Below, piece by piece: positions 63,088 to 64,000 of a DNA stretch of 64,000 bases (positions are counted from its first letter, which is position 1; each line of letters starts with the position of its first letter). Where the stretch lies: assembly GCA_965231825.1 (NCBI GenBank), contig OZ246889.1, forward strand, positions 4,531,692 to 4,595,691. The letters run 5' to 3'. The notes below the pieces were generated by a model. It was not told where the DNA came from. It searched no databases and saw only the letters and a list, made by a program, of their open reading frames with translations. The position numbers were made by a program, and so were the translations under genes. Source of the stretch: Acidobacteriota bacterium (GTDB taxonomy: Bacteria; Acidobacteriota; UBA6911; RPQK01; JAJDTT01).

Positions 63088-64000
63088 ATGAAAGTTCCTT
63101 TATGCCTCGTGGCCGGTGGACTCTTGTTTTCGATCGTCGCGGCGGCGCCGCCGGCCGCCGCGCAGTCCGGACAGATCGCGGGCGTGGTCGCCGATGCCAC
63201 CGGCGGAGTGTTGCCCGGAGCGGGCGTCACGCTGACGGGCGGGCCGGATCGGCGTCGCCAAACGCAGACGGACGACAGCGGCCGCTTCGTCTTCACGGGC
63301 CTCGATCCCGGCACCTACACGGTCACCGTCTTCCTCGGCGGCTTCGACGCCGAGTCGGTGGAGGTTGCCGTCCGAACCGATCCGGTGGGGCTGCCGGTCA
63401 TCACGCTGCAGCTTGCCGCCTTGGACGATGAATTGGTCGTAACGGCGACCCGCATGGAGGAACCGCTGCGGGAGGTGCCGCTGAGCATCTCGGTGGCGAC
63501 CGGCACGGATATCGAGCGGCAGCGAATCGGCAACCTGACGGAGCTGGCACGCTGGATGCCCGGCCTGACGGTCGTCGACCAGGGCGCGCGCGGCAGCAAC
63601 GTCGTCATCGCGCGCGGCCTGCACACGGACGCGCTGACCGGTTCCGAGCAGGCCGGCAACAACTACAACAACGGCGTCGCCACCTACCTCGGCGACATCC
63701 CGCTGGCAGTCGACCTCCGGCTGCACGATATCGAGCGGGTGGAGGTCCTGCTGGGGCCGCAGGGGACGTTGTACGGCGCCGGCACGCTGGCAGGCGCCGT
63801 GCGCTACCTGCCGCGCCGCCCCGACACCGAGCGGCGCACGTTCGAGCTGCGCGGCGACGGCTTCGCGCTGGCGCACAGCAGCTCATTCGGCTCGGATGCC
63901 GGCTTCACCTTCAACCTGCCGATCATGACCGGGAAGCTTGCGCTGCGCGGCTCCGTCGACCGTTACACCAACCCCGGATTCATCGACTATGACTATTTGC
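63088..64000 (+). CDS. TonB-dependent receptor with N-terminal carboxypeptidase-regulatory-like domain (5' part; continues beyond the window)
   Basis: Own translation from ATG 63088 gives MKVPLCLVAGGLLFSIVAAAPPAAAQSGQIAGVVADATGGVLPGAGVTLTG...DDSGRFVFTGLDPGTYTV...DELVVTATRMEEPLREVPLSISV...IERVEVLLGPQGTLYGAGTLAGAVRY. The frame is open to 64000, so it is absent from the ORF track. Confidence 0.85.
   Translation, partial: MKVPLCLVAGGLLFSIVAAAPPAAAQSGQIAGVVADATGGVLPGAGVTLTGGPDRRRQTQTDDSGRFVFTGLDPGTYTVTVFLGGFDAESVEVAVRTDPVGLPVITLQLAALDDELVVTATRMEEPLREVPLSISVATGTDIERQRIGNLTELARWMPGLTVVDQGARGSNVVIARGLHTDALTGSEQAGNNYNNGVATYLGDIPLAVDLRLHDIERVEVLLGPQGTLYGAGTLAGAVRYLPRRPDTERRTFELRGDGFALAHSSSFGSDAGFTFNLPIMTGKLALRGSVDRYTNPGFIDYDYL

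Overview
64-kb, high-GC (roughly 60-65% by eye) bacterial chromosomal segment. It is densely coding on both strands, with about 55 CDS. I found no rRNA, tRNA or CRISPR array. The gene content points to an Acidobacteriota/Planctomycetota-type aerobic heterotroph, but this taxonomy is inference only. That content includes a PSCyt/DUF1549-DUF1553 + DUF1501 pair, DUF1080, ThuA and PmoA-like DUF6807 proteins, four Gfo/Idh/MocA oxidoreductases and BNR/sialidase-like propellers. It also includes three Na+/solute symporters, two PQQ dehydrogenases with c-type cytochromes, and an octaheme HAO-like + NapC/NirT pair. Housekeeping anchors are pckA, ggt, ppk2 and a nagB-like gene. Features of most interest: (1) A family of short GC-rich hairpin (REP-like) elements with compensatory stem changes sits at many gene 3' ends. 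One composite ~124-bp version is amplified six times in tandem (43980-44716), and one pair forms a GTAG-initiated inverted doublet (50795-50874). (2) A ~657-nt ORF-less group II intron candidate on the minus strand (56596-57252) is inserted right after one of these hairpins. (3) A lower-GC gene encodes a HARP-like N-terminal domain plus a C-terminal Rx4H HEPN-like domain (52825-53694). It lies co-directionally with ppk2 and a Na+/solute symporter that carries an embedded FHA domain. (4) Decay and mobility signatures include a P450 with a single in-frame TAA, an orphan vapB with a 31-codon vapC stub inside a catabolic operon, two ParE/RelE-type TA pairs, a partial gene duplication, and a low-GC islet bracketed by hairpin modules. 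Start codons were re-examined by hand, and several long ORF-track entries are N-terminally over-extended or antisense artefacts typical of high-GC DNA.
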